From NCBI GenBank assembly GCA_013265495.1, contig MU058221.1, positions 5,130,066 to 5,194,065 of the forward strand: a DNA stretch of 64,000 nt. Reading direction: 5' to 3'. Positions 1 through 12,442 of this stretch are shown piece after piece (position 1 is the first letter of the stretch; each line of letters begins with the position of its first letter). The DNA comes from Vicugna vicugna. Its lineage: Eukaryota. The notes beneath the pieces were generated by a model. It was not told the DNA's origin, made no database searches, and saw only the letters and a program-made list of their open reading frames with translations. A program made the translations under genes and the position numbers.

Positions 1-114
1 GTACAGTACCAAACGGCTATAGGCATAGATGAATGTCACAAACATCACTGAGTGGTGAGAAAAGCAAATCAAAGAATACACACTATATGATTTATTTTAT
101 ATATAGTTCAAAAG

Positions 115-650
115 CCAAAACAACATAAATGTCCATCAACAGATGACTGGATGAAGAAGTTGTGCCTTATACACACACACAAACACACACACACACAATG
201 GAATACTACTTAGCCATAAAAAAGAAAAATAATGCCATTTGCTGCAACATGGATGGACCTGGAGATCATCATTCCAAGTGAAGTAAGCCAGAAAGATAAA
301 GAAAAATACCAATCACTTATAGTGGAATCTAAAAGAATGACATGAATGAACTTACAAAACAGAAACAGACTCACAGACATAGAAAACAAACTTATGGTTA
401 CTGGAGGGGAAGGAGGTAGGAAGGTTTAAATTGGGAATTTGAGATTTGCAGACATTAACTACTGTATATAAAATAGATAAACAAGTTTATACTGTATAGC
501 ACAGGGAACTATATAACTTGTGGTAACCTATAATGAAAAATGATATGAAAAAGGATATATGTATGCATATGTATGACTGAAACATTATGCTGTACACCAG
601 AAATTGACATGACATTGTAAACTGACTATGCTTCAATTTAAAAAAAAAGT
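115..650 (+). mobile_element. LINE-1 3' end (ORF2 tail + 3'UTR + polyA)
   Basis: aaatgtccatcaacagatgactggat...gaatactacttagccataaaaaag...tttgctgcaacatggatggacctggag...aactgactatgcttcaatttaaaaaaaaa. Confidence 0.9.
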
Positions 651-1190
651 GTTAAAAAAAGTTCAAAACCCATGCAAAATCAGCATATTCCTCAGAGATG
701 GGGTTTTTTTCAGGTGAAATTATGAAGAAAATCAAGGGAATAAGCAAAAAAATTTAGGCAGGGGCTGGGATGGGGAGAGGTACACAGAGGGGCTTCAGTG
801 GTGTGGGCTACAACTTACATCTTAAACTGAGTTGTAGGTGGTTAGTTGGGTGATCACGTTTTATATTTTCTCATATGACCTATTCTTTTGTACGCATTTA
901 ATATTTAATTAGGTTTTGAAAAACAAGATAGGGGCGGAAGTCGCCTGCAAAAGACGTAATTACAAAGCCTTATCTGATAATTCCGGAACTCAAAACTCAT
1001 CAGCTCTCTCTTTGTTTAACAGTCAGACAAACAAAATGAAAAGGCCAAGTACATATACAGAGCAAATGGAGACGGAGAAAAATGACCCCAGAGCTCCAAA
1101 TTTCTCCGTCTGCTGGATCACATTTGCCTTTTAGCTGTTCCTCTTTTTTATTTTTCATTTATTATTGTGGTCAAAAACATGTCTTGAAGC

Positions 1191-1280
1191 GGAGAGAGTG
1201 TAGCTCAGTGGTAGAGCGCATGCTTAGTGTGCATGAGGTCCTGTGTTCAATCCCCAGTACCTACCTCCATCAAAAAAAAA
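1191..1280 (+). mobile_element. tRNA-Ala-derived SINE (Vic-1-like)
   Basis: A box tagctcagtggtagagc, B-box-like gttcaatccc, A tail. Confidence 0.85.
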
Positions 1281-1499
1281 TTTTTTTTTAATTTCTTGAG
1301 TCTCATAAGCTAGACACAGTGTAGGCTGTGAGGACTGGACAGTGGAGAGACATGGTTCCTGCCCTTGTGGAGAAGACAGGTAATTAAGCAATAACCGTAA
1401 ATGAGGACAAGTGCTTCCTGGAAGTACAGGAGGCTGGGGAAGCACAGGGCAGCTGCAGGCAACTGAGCCCAGCCCGGGAGATGTGCTTTAGAGGGTAAT

Positions 1500-1735
1500 G
1501 AGGACTGACGCTACTGCGTGCTCGGCCATGTTCTAGGCACTTGACACATTGTATACATCATACGTGAACTCACAGAGTTCTGACAGCAAAGCTAGGAAGG
1601 TAGGTGCTATCATTATCCCCATCTGTAAGATGGGGAAACTGAGGCACAGAGATGTTAAGTGACCAGCCCGAGGTCACACAGCCACGATGTGTGCAGAGCC
1701 AGGATTTAAGCCCCGGCACCCTGGCATGCTTAAGC
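1500..1735 (-). mobile_element. MIR SINE
   Basis: attatccccatctgtaagatggggaaactgaggcacagagatgttaagtgac...aggtcacacagc (MIR core). Confidence 0.85.
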
Positions 1736-3553
1736 ACCGGGCTCTGCTGCCCCTCATGTTTCCCTGAGAAGGTGACATTCTGCCTGAGACCCGAGTGAGG
1801 AAGAGCAGTTGGGCAGGAACAGAGGCGGGGGATAAGACTTCCGGGCAGGGCCTGGGTGTGTATTGCTTGATGGTGATACAAGGAGCTAAAATAAGTAGTT
1901 AGCCACAAAAAAGTGTGAAAGACCCTTCCAGCTGAGAACAGTCCTCTTTCATCTTTTTTTCAGACCTTGGCCTAGCGGAAGCCGTGCAGGGATGAGGTGA
2001 GGTCTGAGGGAGGCGGTTTGTGCTCCATCAGTTTCTCTGGGCGAGACATAGATCTTGGTGCCAGGGCTCCCAGGGTTTCCAAAGGCCCATGGCAACAACC
2101 ACCAGGGCTCCTGGGAACGTCCCCAAGCATCCAGGATCCTGCTGCCTTGGCAGCCTCTCTGTCCCCCTCTTGGCCTCATTTCCCAAATGGACCCAACATC
2201 AATCCAGGACGGGACCTAAGGCACGACCTAGCAAACAGCTGGCAAACTATTTTTAAAACCCAATTTAAAATTGTATATGTGTAAGCCGCAGTGTATTTCT
2301 CTGGGGGATTCTATCCTTCAAGTGGAAACTTTTTTTAAGTCAAATAAGGTAATCTCTATTTTGATTCCCATCAAGCTCAAGTGTGGGGCCCTGCAGCCTC
2401 TGGTTAAGTGCTAATCCACTTTAAGCACAAGCAAGTCGGGGCCTGGGAGTCAGGGTGACTCCAGGACCCGGAGAGAAAGGTCAGGACTGCTGATATTTAT
2501 CGTGTTAACACTGTTAGTGTGTGTTTGGCTTTGTCTGGCAGAAGAGAAGAAATACAAGACATGAATTATGGTTGTGGGCCTGGGGGAGAGTGAGGCTTCT
2601 GGGATCTGCCTGTATGTTGTCCAGCTTCCTAAATCTTCACCTCCTGCTAGTCCCCTTCCGGAAAAAAGATAAAATCGCTCAGAAGAAACAGGAGTGAGGA
2701 GAGAGTAGAGTGCTGGGGCAGGGAATGGAGCAGAGAAAGCAAGAGGGAGGGCAGAGACAGGTGGGGACGTCACACATCACAACGCCTGCTTGTCTAACTC
2801 AGGCACTGTCTTTCTGGTGATTCTGTAACTGCCAGGCCTTGACCTCAGGCGCCAACAGTGAGATAAAGCACCTTGTCCCCGGGCCAGCCGCACAGCTTAT
2901 GCTGCAGGACGACAGCATTTCACTGCTCCTGACAAACACCTTTTGCATTCGGCCACCCTGATTTATTCGTCTGGGCTTTTCTTCTTTGAGGCCTAAATTG
3001 GGTGAATGCATCTAGAAAAAGGGTTTCTGCAGCTTTTTTGGTTTGGTTTTGGTTTTTTCAGGTACTTTCTAAATCTCATTGCGCCTACCTCTTTTTGTCT
3101 CAAACAAACTTCAGGATAACTCAGAATGACCCTTGGCTGCCAGAAGGATCAGGCCTGCTGGGGCCTCAGCTCTAGCCAGAGTTAGCAGCCATGCGGGTGA
3201 AAGGTTTGAGTCACTGGAAGGAGAGACATCCTGGGGTGGAGAGGAGAGGGTCCTGGCCAGGACAGGTGGGCCTGGCGTGGCAGGAAGCTCCTGACAGAAA
3301 CACTGAGTGATTTGCTTGCCTTGATGGGCCCCAGGGAGGTGCTGCAGGAGGCTACTCTCCAGGAAGGAGGCCATTCTAGAAAGAAGGAGGGGAGCAAGGC
3401 GGGGAGCCAAGTCAGAGGAGGGCTTTTCAAACAAACCATGAGCCTATAAATATAACTGCCCAGGGCTCACGATCACAAGTGTCTGCAGTCACGAAGTGAC
3501 CACGGTCTCACCAGGCAGCTGATGCTCCTCTCATTATTTAAAAAGCCATTCTT

Positions 3554-3632
3554 GGGGGGAGGGTATAGCTCAAGTGGTAGAGCGCATGCTCAACATGCAC
3601 GAGGTCCTGGGTTCAATCCCCAGTACCTCTAG

Positions 3633-3679
<47 letters not shown>

Positions 3680-3735
3680 ACCTAATTACCCCCCTAAAAA
3701 ACCTGAAATAATAATAATAACAATAATAATAAAAA
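3554..3735 (+). mobile_element. tRNA-Ala-derived SINE (Vic-1-like) with (TAAA)n tail
   Basis: gggggagggtatagctcaagtggtagagcgcatgc...gggttcaatccccagtacc; imperfect TSD aaaagccattctt (3541-3553) / aaaagtcattttt (3732-3744). Confidence 0.9.
3633..3680 (+). repeat. (TAAA)n microsatellite, about 12 units, SINE tail
   Basis: Perfect taaa run. Confidence 0.95.
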
Positions 3736-4229
3736 GTCATTTTTGTACTGAACTAATGGATGCCAAGCCCGTAGCACATCCCCCACAGGGCCTGGGGGAT
3801 GGTAAGTACTCTCTGAACATGAGCCAGTATCATGGCTATTACTGAGCAGAAAGCTCCCTTCTGCCCCAAATATTTAGCCACTGGCCCAGTGCTGTCTTAG
3901 AAAGCATCCTGGTCCATGTCTGATCCTCTTCGTTTGCTTTTCCGTGATGAACATCTTCATTGCCTTCCAGCAGACCTAATACTACATGGCTTCTAGACAT
4001 ACCACTATGGTTGCCCTCAATAGACAACTCAACTTATCAAAGGCCCTTTAGAACATTTTAAACATGGCACCCAGGCTTGAATCGAATAGCTCAGGTATTG
4101 TCTGACCACCCAAGAATACAGTGGAAACGTACTTCTTGAATTGTCTTACCTGATCATACACAAACCATCATGCTAAGCGTGCGTGAAATGCTGGAGATTT
4201 GAAGATTAATGAAACACAGTGCCTGCTAT

Positions 4230-4900
4230 TTGCAGTTGCCCCAAATGGGGCTACTTATCAACATACTTGAATGGATCAATAAATTGTGGTCTATTCACAC
4301 AATAGAATATCATATGGCAATGGAAATGAACTATCTGTGACCATAGGCAACAATGTGCATGACTCTCACAGATACGATGATTAAAAAAAAACCAGCCATG
4401 AAAGAGTATATAAGTACATACTACTTTTTGGTCTTTTACAACAATTTACAAAAACAGCCAAAGCAAATCCATGCTGTTGAAAGACTGGATAGTGGTTCCC
4501 CTGGGGAGGGAGATGGGGAGGGTAACAGAGCACAAGGAGTGTTCTGGGTGTTCTAACGCTTGGCTTCCTCATCTGGGTGCTGACTGCATGACTTATGTTC
4601 AGTTGTGTGAAAATTCTGTGAGCTATATACATTTAGAATATGTGCACTTTTTAAATGAAGTATAGTTGATTTACATGTTGTGTTAGTTCTGATGTACAGC
4701 ACAGTGATTCACTCATATATATATACACACACACACACAACTTCTTTTTCATATTCTCTTTCATTATAGGTTATTATAAGATACTGGATATAGTTCCCTG
4801 TGCTATACCATAGGACCTTGTTGTTTATCTATTTTATATATAGTAGTTTGCATTGTGCATTTTTTTTCTTGGATGTTATATATTTATAAGATGTTCAGGG
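4230..4900. mobile_element. Old L1M 3' fragment (+) interrupted by a younger L1 3' end (-, ~4648-4855)
   Basis: gaatggatcaataaattgtggtctattcacacaatagaatat (old L1). The inner element ttttaaatgaagtatagttgatttac...tatagttccctgtgctatac is flanked by tgtgcacttttt / tgtgcattttt. Confidence 0.75.
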
Positions 4901-6269
4901 GGGAAATATCATGCATTGGATCAAGTTAATTGGAGGAGACAGACAGTGAGATAACAAGTGCAGCAAAGTAAATGTCATGATAGAGAAATGTACAAAGTGT
5001 GTTACAGCCACACAGACGGAAGGAGCAAGTAGCCACGGCTCAGGGATGGAACAGGGTCAGGGAGGCCTCAGGAAGGATCCTGCAACTCAACAGGGGCTGA
5101 ATTGAACTCTAGGGAAAGAAGGTAAATCTTGTTTTAGATACACTTATAAAGAGACAGCTGAGATGTTAGAGGTACTCACCCCTGAGGGCCTCATTTGTTT
5201 CCTGAAGGAGGAAGGCAAGATAGGTCACCAAGATGAAACTGGAAATGAGATGTGAGAAGCGAACACGGTCATAATTTAGAATAACTGGAGAACGAGAGCC
5301 AGATCCAACCAAAGATAAGTAAAACTAAATCAATGGGGGCCCCTGGGAAAGCCCAGCAGAGCTACACACCGTGAACTTGCAATGAGGCCATTCTCATTGG
5401 TGGGTGGCCTTTTCAGGAACATAAACAGGAAAATGCAGGGTTGGGATTTTTCTGGGCAGATGTGGCAGAAGCAAGGCAATTGACACTGGAGAAGGAGTAG
5501 CTTAAGAAATCAGCAACACTGTCCAGCCAGGAGCAGAGAACAGTCAGTTGTCCGTGACCCCCTCCCTCCTGTTTTCCTCACACAGCTCTGATCACTCCTC
5601 AGCCTCACTTGGGTACCTCTTTCTCTGCCCGACACTTAAGAGACCTGGTCTCTAGAGTTCCACCTTGAACCTGGCCTTTACTTCAGTCTACACAATGTCC
5701 TTATACTTAGTTTCAACTACCCGTCCCCGAGCTGATGTTCCATCTCCAGCTTGAATTATCTGAGCTCCAAACCCACGTGTCTACTCAATGAGATCAAGTT
5801 CAACACGTTCCTCAAATCAACATGTCCAAAATTAAACTCACTCCTTTCTTCCCCACCCTCTTCCCAGTCTCTAACTCTCTCCTTTCTTCTGAGTGTCTCC
5901 TTGGGCAGCAGCATAATCCATTCAGCTGTCCAAGACGGATGCCTGGGCCCCCTCATCCTCCTCATCCAATCAGGCTTCAAGGCTGTCAGTTTCCCTTTTT
6001 AATAGCTCTTCTCTGTGGGGCAGTCTCTCCACCCCCACCATCACCTCCTCAATTTAAGCCCCACTCTGTTGCAAAAACCTTCTGACCCTAGTCTCACATC
6101 TCTCCTCCATCCTCCAGCCTGCTGCCCTGGTGGTCTTCCTAAAACCCAAATGATCAGTCACAATGCTTTTATTAACGTAGCTAAAACAAGACTGCCCTGT
6201 GTCAGGACAAACAATAAACTCCTGTCTAAGAGATCGCTCTTCTATTTCTTTATCCTTTCACATTCCTTG

Positions 6270-7070
6270 CCTGCTTTTAAAATACTTATTTTTTAAAAAG
6301 TCTTACATTCACATGGTATTTAAAAAAATCAAAAGTATAGAAAAGCATCAAACAAATGGCAAAAGTTATCTTTTCCTTCCTCCAACTCCCAGTGCCACTC
6401 TCCAAAAGTTACCACCACTTCTTATTACCCTTCCTGGAAAAAAAGTCTGCTTATACCTGTATATCTATTTTTTTAATTTAACACAAATGAGATCATAGTG
6501 CTGTGCACACTGGTTTTTTTGTTTTTGTTTTTGTTTTTAACAAGATAAATTTAGAAGAGCTTTCCATGTCAGTACATATAGTTCTGCTTCATGTTTTAAT
6601 GATTGGAAACTTTTCCATTATGTGGATGTATTTATCTGGTTGCCTGCTGATGGATGTTTGGTGCTTTCCAGTTTTCTGTTATTACCAACAATGTTGCAGT
6701 AAACATCCTTTACATGATTTTGGCATAATGTTGCCAGTATATCCCTAGGGCAAATTTCTAGCAGTAGAATTGCTAAGTCACTGAGAACAGGCATTCAGAA
6801 TGTTGACAGACATTGCTCAATTGCCCTCCAGAAGAGACAAATTTGTTTACACTCCCAGGAACAGTGCATGAGAGTGCCTATTTCCCCATAATCTTGTGAA
6901 CACTGGACATTTCCAAACTTTTTTTGCCAACCTGACGGATGACAAATGGAATCTCATTGTTTTGCAACGCATTTCTGTAACTACTAATGAGGTTGAATAC
7001 ATGTCTATTACATGTCTATTAGCTATTTGTGTTTCTTATAGATGGTTCATATCCTCTGCCTGTTTGGTGG
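6270..7070 (-). mobile_element. Degenerate old L1M fragment
   Basis: L1 3'-like phrases (ctgatggatgtttggtgctttccagttttct, tagcagtagaattgctaagtca, tggaatctcattgttttg). Confidence 0.7.
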
Positions 7071-7279
7071 TTAGTTTATGAGTCTGGGTGTGTGAACCAC
7101 TATCTAGGCTCCCAGGGAAGTTAATAGATTGATAGAACTTAATGAATTTCACCTTTGCCCAAGTAGGAGCCTCAACCAATCAAAGAAGATTGAGTGGTCC
7201 CCGAAAGTTTAAGTAAGGGTCTACTCCTGGAGCTTTCTGTCCACTAATGCTTGGCCCAAACAGCTGATGACTTACTATG

Positions 7280-8505
7280 TCTTGTGCAACCATCACCCCA
7301 AAAAGAAACTCTGTATCTATTAGCAATCACCCTCTATTTTTTTTTCTTCTCAGCCCCTGGCCACCATTAATCTACTTTCTGACTCTCAAATAGATTTGCC
7401 TATTCTAAACATTTCATACAAATAGAATCATAATATGTGGTCCTTTGTGACTGGTTTCTTTCACTTAATATAATATTTTCAATATTTGTCCATGTTGTAG
7501 CATGTATCAGTATTTCACTCCTTCTTATGGCCAAATAATATTTCATTGTATGGATATACCACATTTTGTTTATTACGGATAGACATTTGGTTTGTTTCTA
7601 CCTTTTGGCTGCTATGAACATTTATGTACATGTTTTTGTGTGAACATATGTTTCAACTTTCTTGGGTATATACCTAGGAGTGGAGTTGCTGGGTCACATA
7701 GTCACTGTATGTTTAACTTTTTGTGAAACTACCAAACTGTTTTCCATAGCAGCTGCATCATTTTACATTTTCAGCAGCAATATGTGAGTGTTCCAATTTC
7801 TCCACATCCTTGTCAACACTTGTTATTATCCGTCTCTTTTATTATGAACAAGCTAGTGGGCATAAAGTGGTATCTCACTGTTTTGATCTGCATTTCTCTA
7901 ATGACTAATGAAGTTGACCAGCTTTTCATATGCTTATTGGATATTTATGATCTTCTTTGGAGAAATGTCTGTTCAAATCCTTCACTCACTTAAAAATTAG
8001 ATTTCTTGTCTTTTTATTGTTGAGTTGTAAGAGTTCTTTACATATCCTGGATACAAGACCCTTGTCAGATACTTGGTTTGTAATTATTTTCTCCCACTCT
8101 GTGGACTGTCTTTTCACTTTGTTGATAGCCTCCTTTAATGCAGAACAGTTTTTAATTTTGATGAAGTCCGATTTATCTATTTTTACTTTGGTTGCTTGTG
8201 TTTTTGGTGCCATAGCTAAGAAACCATTGTCTAGCCCAAGACCACAAAGATTGACTCCTATGTTTTCTTTGAGGAGTTGTGTAGTTTTAGCTCTTACATA
8301 TAGACCTTTGATGTATTTTGAGTTAATTTTTGTACATGGTGTCAGGTAGGAGCCCATTTTCATTCTTTTGCATGTAGCTGTCCAATTGTCCAGCACCATT
8401 TGTTGAAAGGACTGTTCTTTCTCCCATTGAATAGTCTCAGCACCTTTGTTAAAAATCGGTTGACCATAGGTGTTTAGGTTTATTTCTGGCCTTTCAATCC
8501 TATTC
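7280..8505 (-). mobile_element. LINE-1 (L1MA/MB-type) ORF2 3' part and 3'UTR, decayed
   Basis: ORF 7986-8399(-) translates to an L1 ORF2-like peptide (YLTPCTKINSKYIK...IDKSDFIKIKN...WEKII...DKGLVSRICKELLQLNNKK). Confidence 0.92.
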
Positions 8506-10369
8506 CTCCAAAATTTCTTTAATGTGCTTTATTTCATATCTATATATACATATCTATTTTAAATAAGCTTAAAAAGAACTGTAAAGAGGAAGGAATATCT
8601 GTATTCACTGTTTGGTTCCCAACAGGAAAACCTACATGGGGTCCACTTACCATTGGAAATTGTCTCTGGTGATTTGGTTGCTTAGGACAATAGCAAAAGC
8701 TGAGTGTTACACAAGAGTCTTCAACACCCATCCCCCCACTTTATGTGCTCCCAAGTGTGTCTGAAGAACTTCAGGATGGAAGCATGGCAGGAGGCCAAGG
8801 GGAGAGGGTCAGAGCCTGGCAGCGTCATTGGTGGCAGCGGTGGGCCTGGCGTGGGCAAGAGTCCAAGGAGAGGGCACAGTCTGGATACACCAGGCCACGC
8901 CTGGAAGGCTACCCATGGGGAAGTTCTGCAAGATGGTTCTCAAAGGTCCAGCCAGACTCCAGACACCATGAAGGTAGTCCAATCTCCATGTAAAAATCTC
9001 AATTCTCAATCCAAAGGAATGCCTAGGGCAGTATCACTGAAATAGAGGATCTCAGAATACTGTAACTTAGGCAGGGACTGTGGGAAGTACCCAGGGTGGG
9101 GAGGGCTGTGTGTGAGTGTGTGAGAGAAAGAAGGAGGAGGGGAGAGAGAGAGAATAAGAGAGAGTCTACTTTGTAAAGTTTACATATTTAGAAATTTAAA
9201 AATTCAGTGGTCTCCCTGGGGACAAATGACTTCAAAGAATCAATTAAGGAGCAAGGGGGTGGCTGCCGTTTTCACAGAGGGCTCTGCAGTGGTGCTGGCA
9301 CCACAAGCAGGTCATCTGGTTATCTGGGAGCTTCCCATGGGAGCTGTGCCACCAAAAATGCTTACTCTACCTCGGGGGGCCCACGAGCCTGAAGCCCGGT
9401 TACCTGCCACACTCCACACTCTAGCGATAACTCACTTTTGTTGTGGCTATTAATCTTTCTTTTTTAACTTACAGAAATAATTCTTGCAAATTTTTACACT
9501 TTCAAATAACACAAGAGTAAATACAGAAAGAGCATAAGTCTCATCCCACAGAAGTAGCTGCTGTAAAGTTTGGTGCTTAGACTCCCAGAATTTATTCTAT
9601 GAATCCAAAAATATTATATATAAATCTAATATGCATATATTTGTACTTACACATACAGGATCATTTTTACAGAAAGAAGATGGTACCCCATATTGTTTCA
9701 AAAATTTTTTTATACCAAAGGATATCACGGACCTACTTTCAATCTGTCCATATAATTCTACCTCATTCTTTTTAATAGCTACATAGTATTCCACTGTGAA
9801 TTAATCAAGTAATTAATCAATGATTTTTTTTCAATTTCCCTGCTAGTATTCCTTTAAGCTCTTTCCGTATTTTTGCTATTACAAACAATGCTGATATAAG
9901 CACATGCAACATATTTACATATCAAATGCTAATATTTCTTTAGAATAGATTGCTAGAGGTAGGACTGCAGGGTACTAGGGAATGTGAATTTAAATTTATG
10001 AGAAATACTAGAAAGCATTCTTAACTTGTCGTATATGGTTGAGCTTCAGACATTATATATAGAATTACGTGTGTGAGTGTATATGGTCCATATTTTTTGA
10101 GAGAGACCACCAGTCTTCTTCAGACCAAAAAAAAAAAGGTTATGAACCATCGAGCCACAGGGAGCTGGCATTTCCCTGCGACTCTGGACCATAGGTAGGG
10201 AATTTGCAGGTTTTGAGCAATTTTATTGATCAGGTACTTGTCCTACCACTTCCCATCCAAGTCCAGGGCCACCTGCCAGGAGAGCAGGTCGTGGCATTCA
10301 CCCGAATGTCTTACCCCTAGAGTAAAGGTGAGGCGCCACACAGACAGATACAGTCACGGCCACACGCGG

Positions 10370-10534
10370 GGAGCACATTTTCAGTTGTTACAACTTGGCG
10401 GAGGGGATGCTACTGCACCCAGTGGGTGGAGGCCAGGGATGCTGCTCCAGGTCCTATAGTGCGCACACTAGCTCCCTCCAACAAAGAATTGCCCAGCACA
10501 AAATGTCAGTGCTGCCAAGGTTGGAGAAATCCTG
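10370..10534 (+). mobile_element. MER20 (hAT-Charlie MITE), partial
   Basis: acatttttcagttgttacaac...ggaggccagggatgctgct...caacaaagaattgcccagcacaaaatgtc...gagaaatcctg resembles the MER20 consensus. Confidence 0.8.
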
Positions 10535-11509
10535 TAAAATATCTGATTAGTAGCACCGACACACTATTTTGGACAGAAGAGCGATCACATTTTTGATATT
10601 TCACATGCCACTTGGACCCAGCTCACATGAAGTTTCTGCTTTTACAATTACTTTTGCATAACTCAGAGGAATCTATTTCTAACCATTTGAGGTTGAATTC
10701 TTAGAGTATCTTTTCCTTTCAAGTGGGTCTAGGTAGGTGTTCTTCACATTTTTTAACTCCAAAAATAACTTTTAAAAATTATATGCTACGAGCGCATTTT
10801 AAAGTAGATATCTACATTTTTTCATCATTAAGTATGGTTGAAAGGTTGTAACTTTCATTGTATTGTAAATATTGGCATTTAAATTATAATAACCATCACT
10901 CTTAAATACATCCAATGGAATCTAAACACCGTAGAGAGTTAAGACCCGCAATTATTCATCCTAAAAATACATGAACAAAAAATAGTAATAAATAAAAATC
11001 TTAAATACATGAACAAATTCTTCTTTAATAGTGCAAAAATTTGCATTATTCCTTTTCTCTGTGAATGTCAATCTATTTCCCCAATAGACTTTTATACTAA
11101 TGTAATATATTTGATCTTGAAAGTCTTTTATTGATCACCCTATCCCCTACTCTGTACCAAGATATGCATATAAATTCAAATATAAATTTGAAAGTGTTTA
11201 TTATAACCACAAGTCTCTAAAAGCTAGCAAAATTTCCTTTGGCTTGACTTATTAATATAATAATCAGTACACAAGTGATCAAAATAACAACTATTTATAG
11301 TTTTTTATAATTATCAATCAAAAAAGGAAAAATATACAAACACACATGTGTGTATACATATTCGTTTAAAATCCATTGCTAGAAAGAGACAGGGTTCATT
11401 ACTGATCTCATTCTATTTTTCATTTTTATAGGTATAAGCACTCTGAGTAAACTTATTTATATAAATTAGTAAATAATTAGGAGAGGAATTTTATTAGAGT
11501 AATTGGTTA

Positions 11510-11621
11510 GGGAGTAATTAAGGTTTGTTTATTTATTTATTTTTAGAGGAGGTGCTGGGGATTGAACCCAGGACCTTGTGTATGTTGAGCATGTGCTCTA
11601 CCATTTGAGCTATACCCTCCC
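11510..11621 (-). mobile_element. tRNA-Ala-derived SINE (Vic-1-like)
   Basis: Reverse complement of the same SINE body and taaa/cctaattac tail. Confidence 0.88.
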
Positions 11622-12282
11622 TTCTTTTTATTTTAAGAGCAACTTTTTGTTGTGTTTTAATTCCTTCTGAGTTAAATACCCCCCCAAAACAGCAAACAAA
11701 AACCACATAATGATCTATCATAGGAATCAAGAAAGCTCCAATAGAGGCCAAACTAACGGGATGGAGGGGTGGGGGGGCTAGAGACGGAGCAACCTGTTAC
11801 TTAGCTATTTCCTTCTACCCTCCCCTCCTCCACGTGTCCGGTTTTCCCCAAAACTCATTACACAAATGAATTAATTCATTTCCCTATTAATCAGGTTGAG
11901 CAGCTTTTCATACGTTTCCATCTCCTCTTTGATGAGTTACTCACTTACACTCTTTTTCCTAGTTTTCATGGGCTCTTGGTCATTTTCCTGTCAATTGGTA
12001 CTAACCCTTTGTCCATCATATGTGTTGTAAACGTTTTCTTCTATTGTTTGTCTGAGGTTTTTACGTGTACGGTAACTTTTCATTTCTCTGTAGTTAAGCC
12101 TATCGATCTTTTCCTTTGTGGCTTCTAGATATTCTCAGACCCCACTGGTATGCATGTGAGTTTTGACAGCCATTTGGAAAGTAATCTGGCTGTTACTACT
12201 AACATAAAATATGTACATATCCTTTGTCTCAGCAAGCCCACTTTGAGACATCTTTTCCACAAAAATCAAAACATCACTTCAT

Positions 12283-12442
12283 GGGGGGAGGGTAGAACTC
12301 AAGTGGTAGAGCGCATGCTTAGCATGCACAAGGTCCTGGGTTCCATTCCCAGTACCTCCTCTAAAAATAAATCAATAAACCTAACTACCTCCTCCCCCCT
12401 ACACACACACACACATACAAAAAGCAAAAAAACAAAACAAAA
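12283..12442 (+). mobile_element. tRNA-Ala-derived SINE (Vic-1-like) inserted in an old L1 fragment
   Basis: SINE body with a CA-repeat tail; TSD catcacttca on both sides. Confidence 0.9.

Noticed and set aside
3554..3630. Apparent tRNA-Ala genes (this and six similar copies)
   Set aside because: They have A-rich or microsatellite tails, TSDs, mismatched stems and multiple diverged copies, so they are SINEs rather than tRNA genes.
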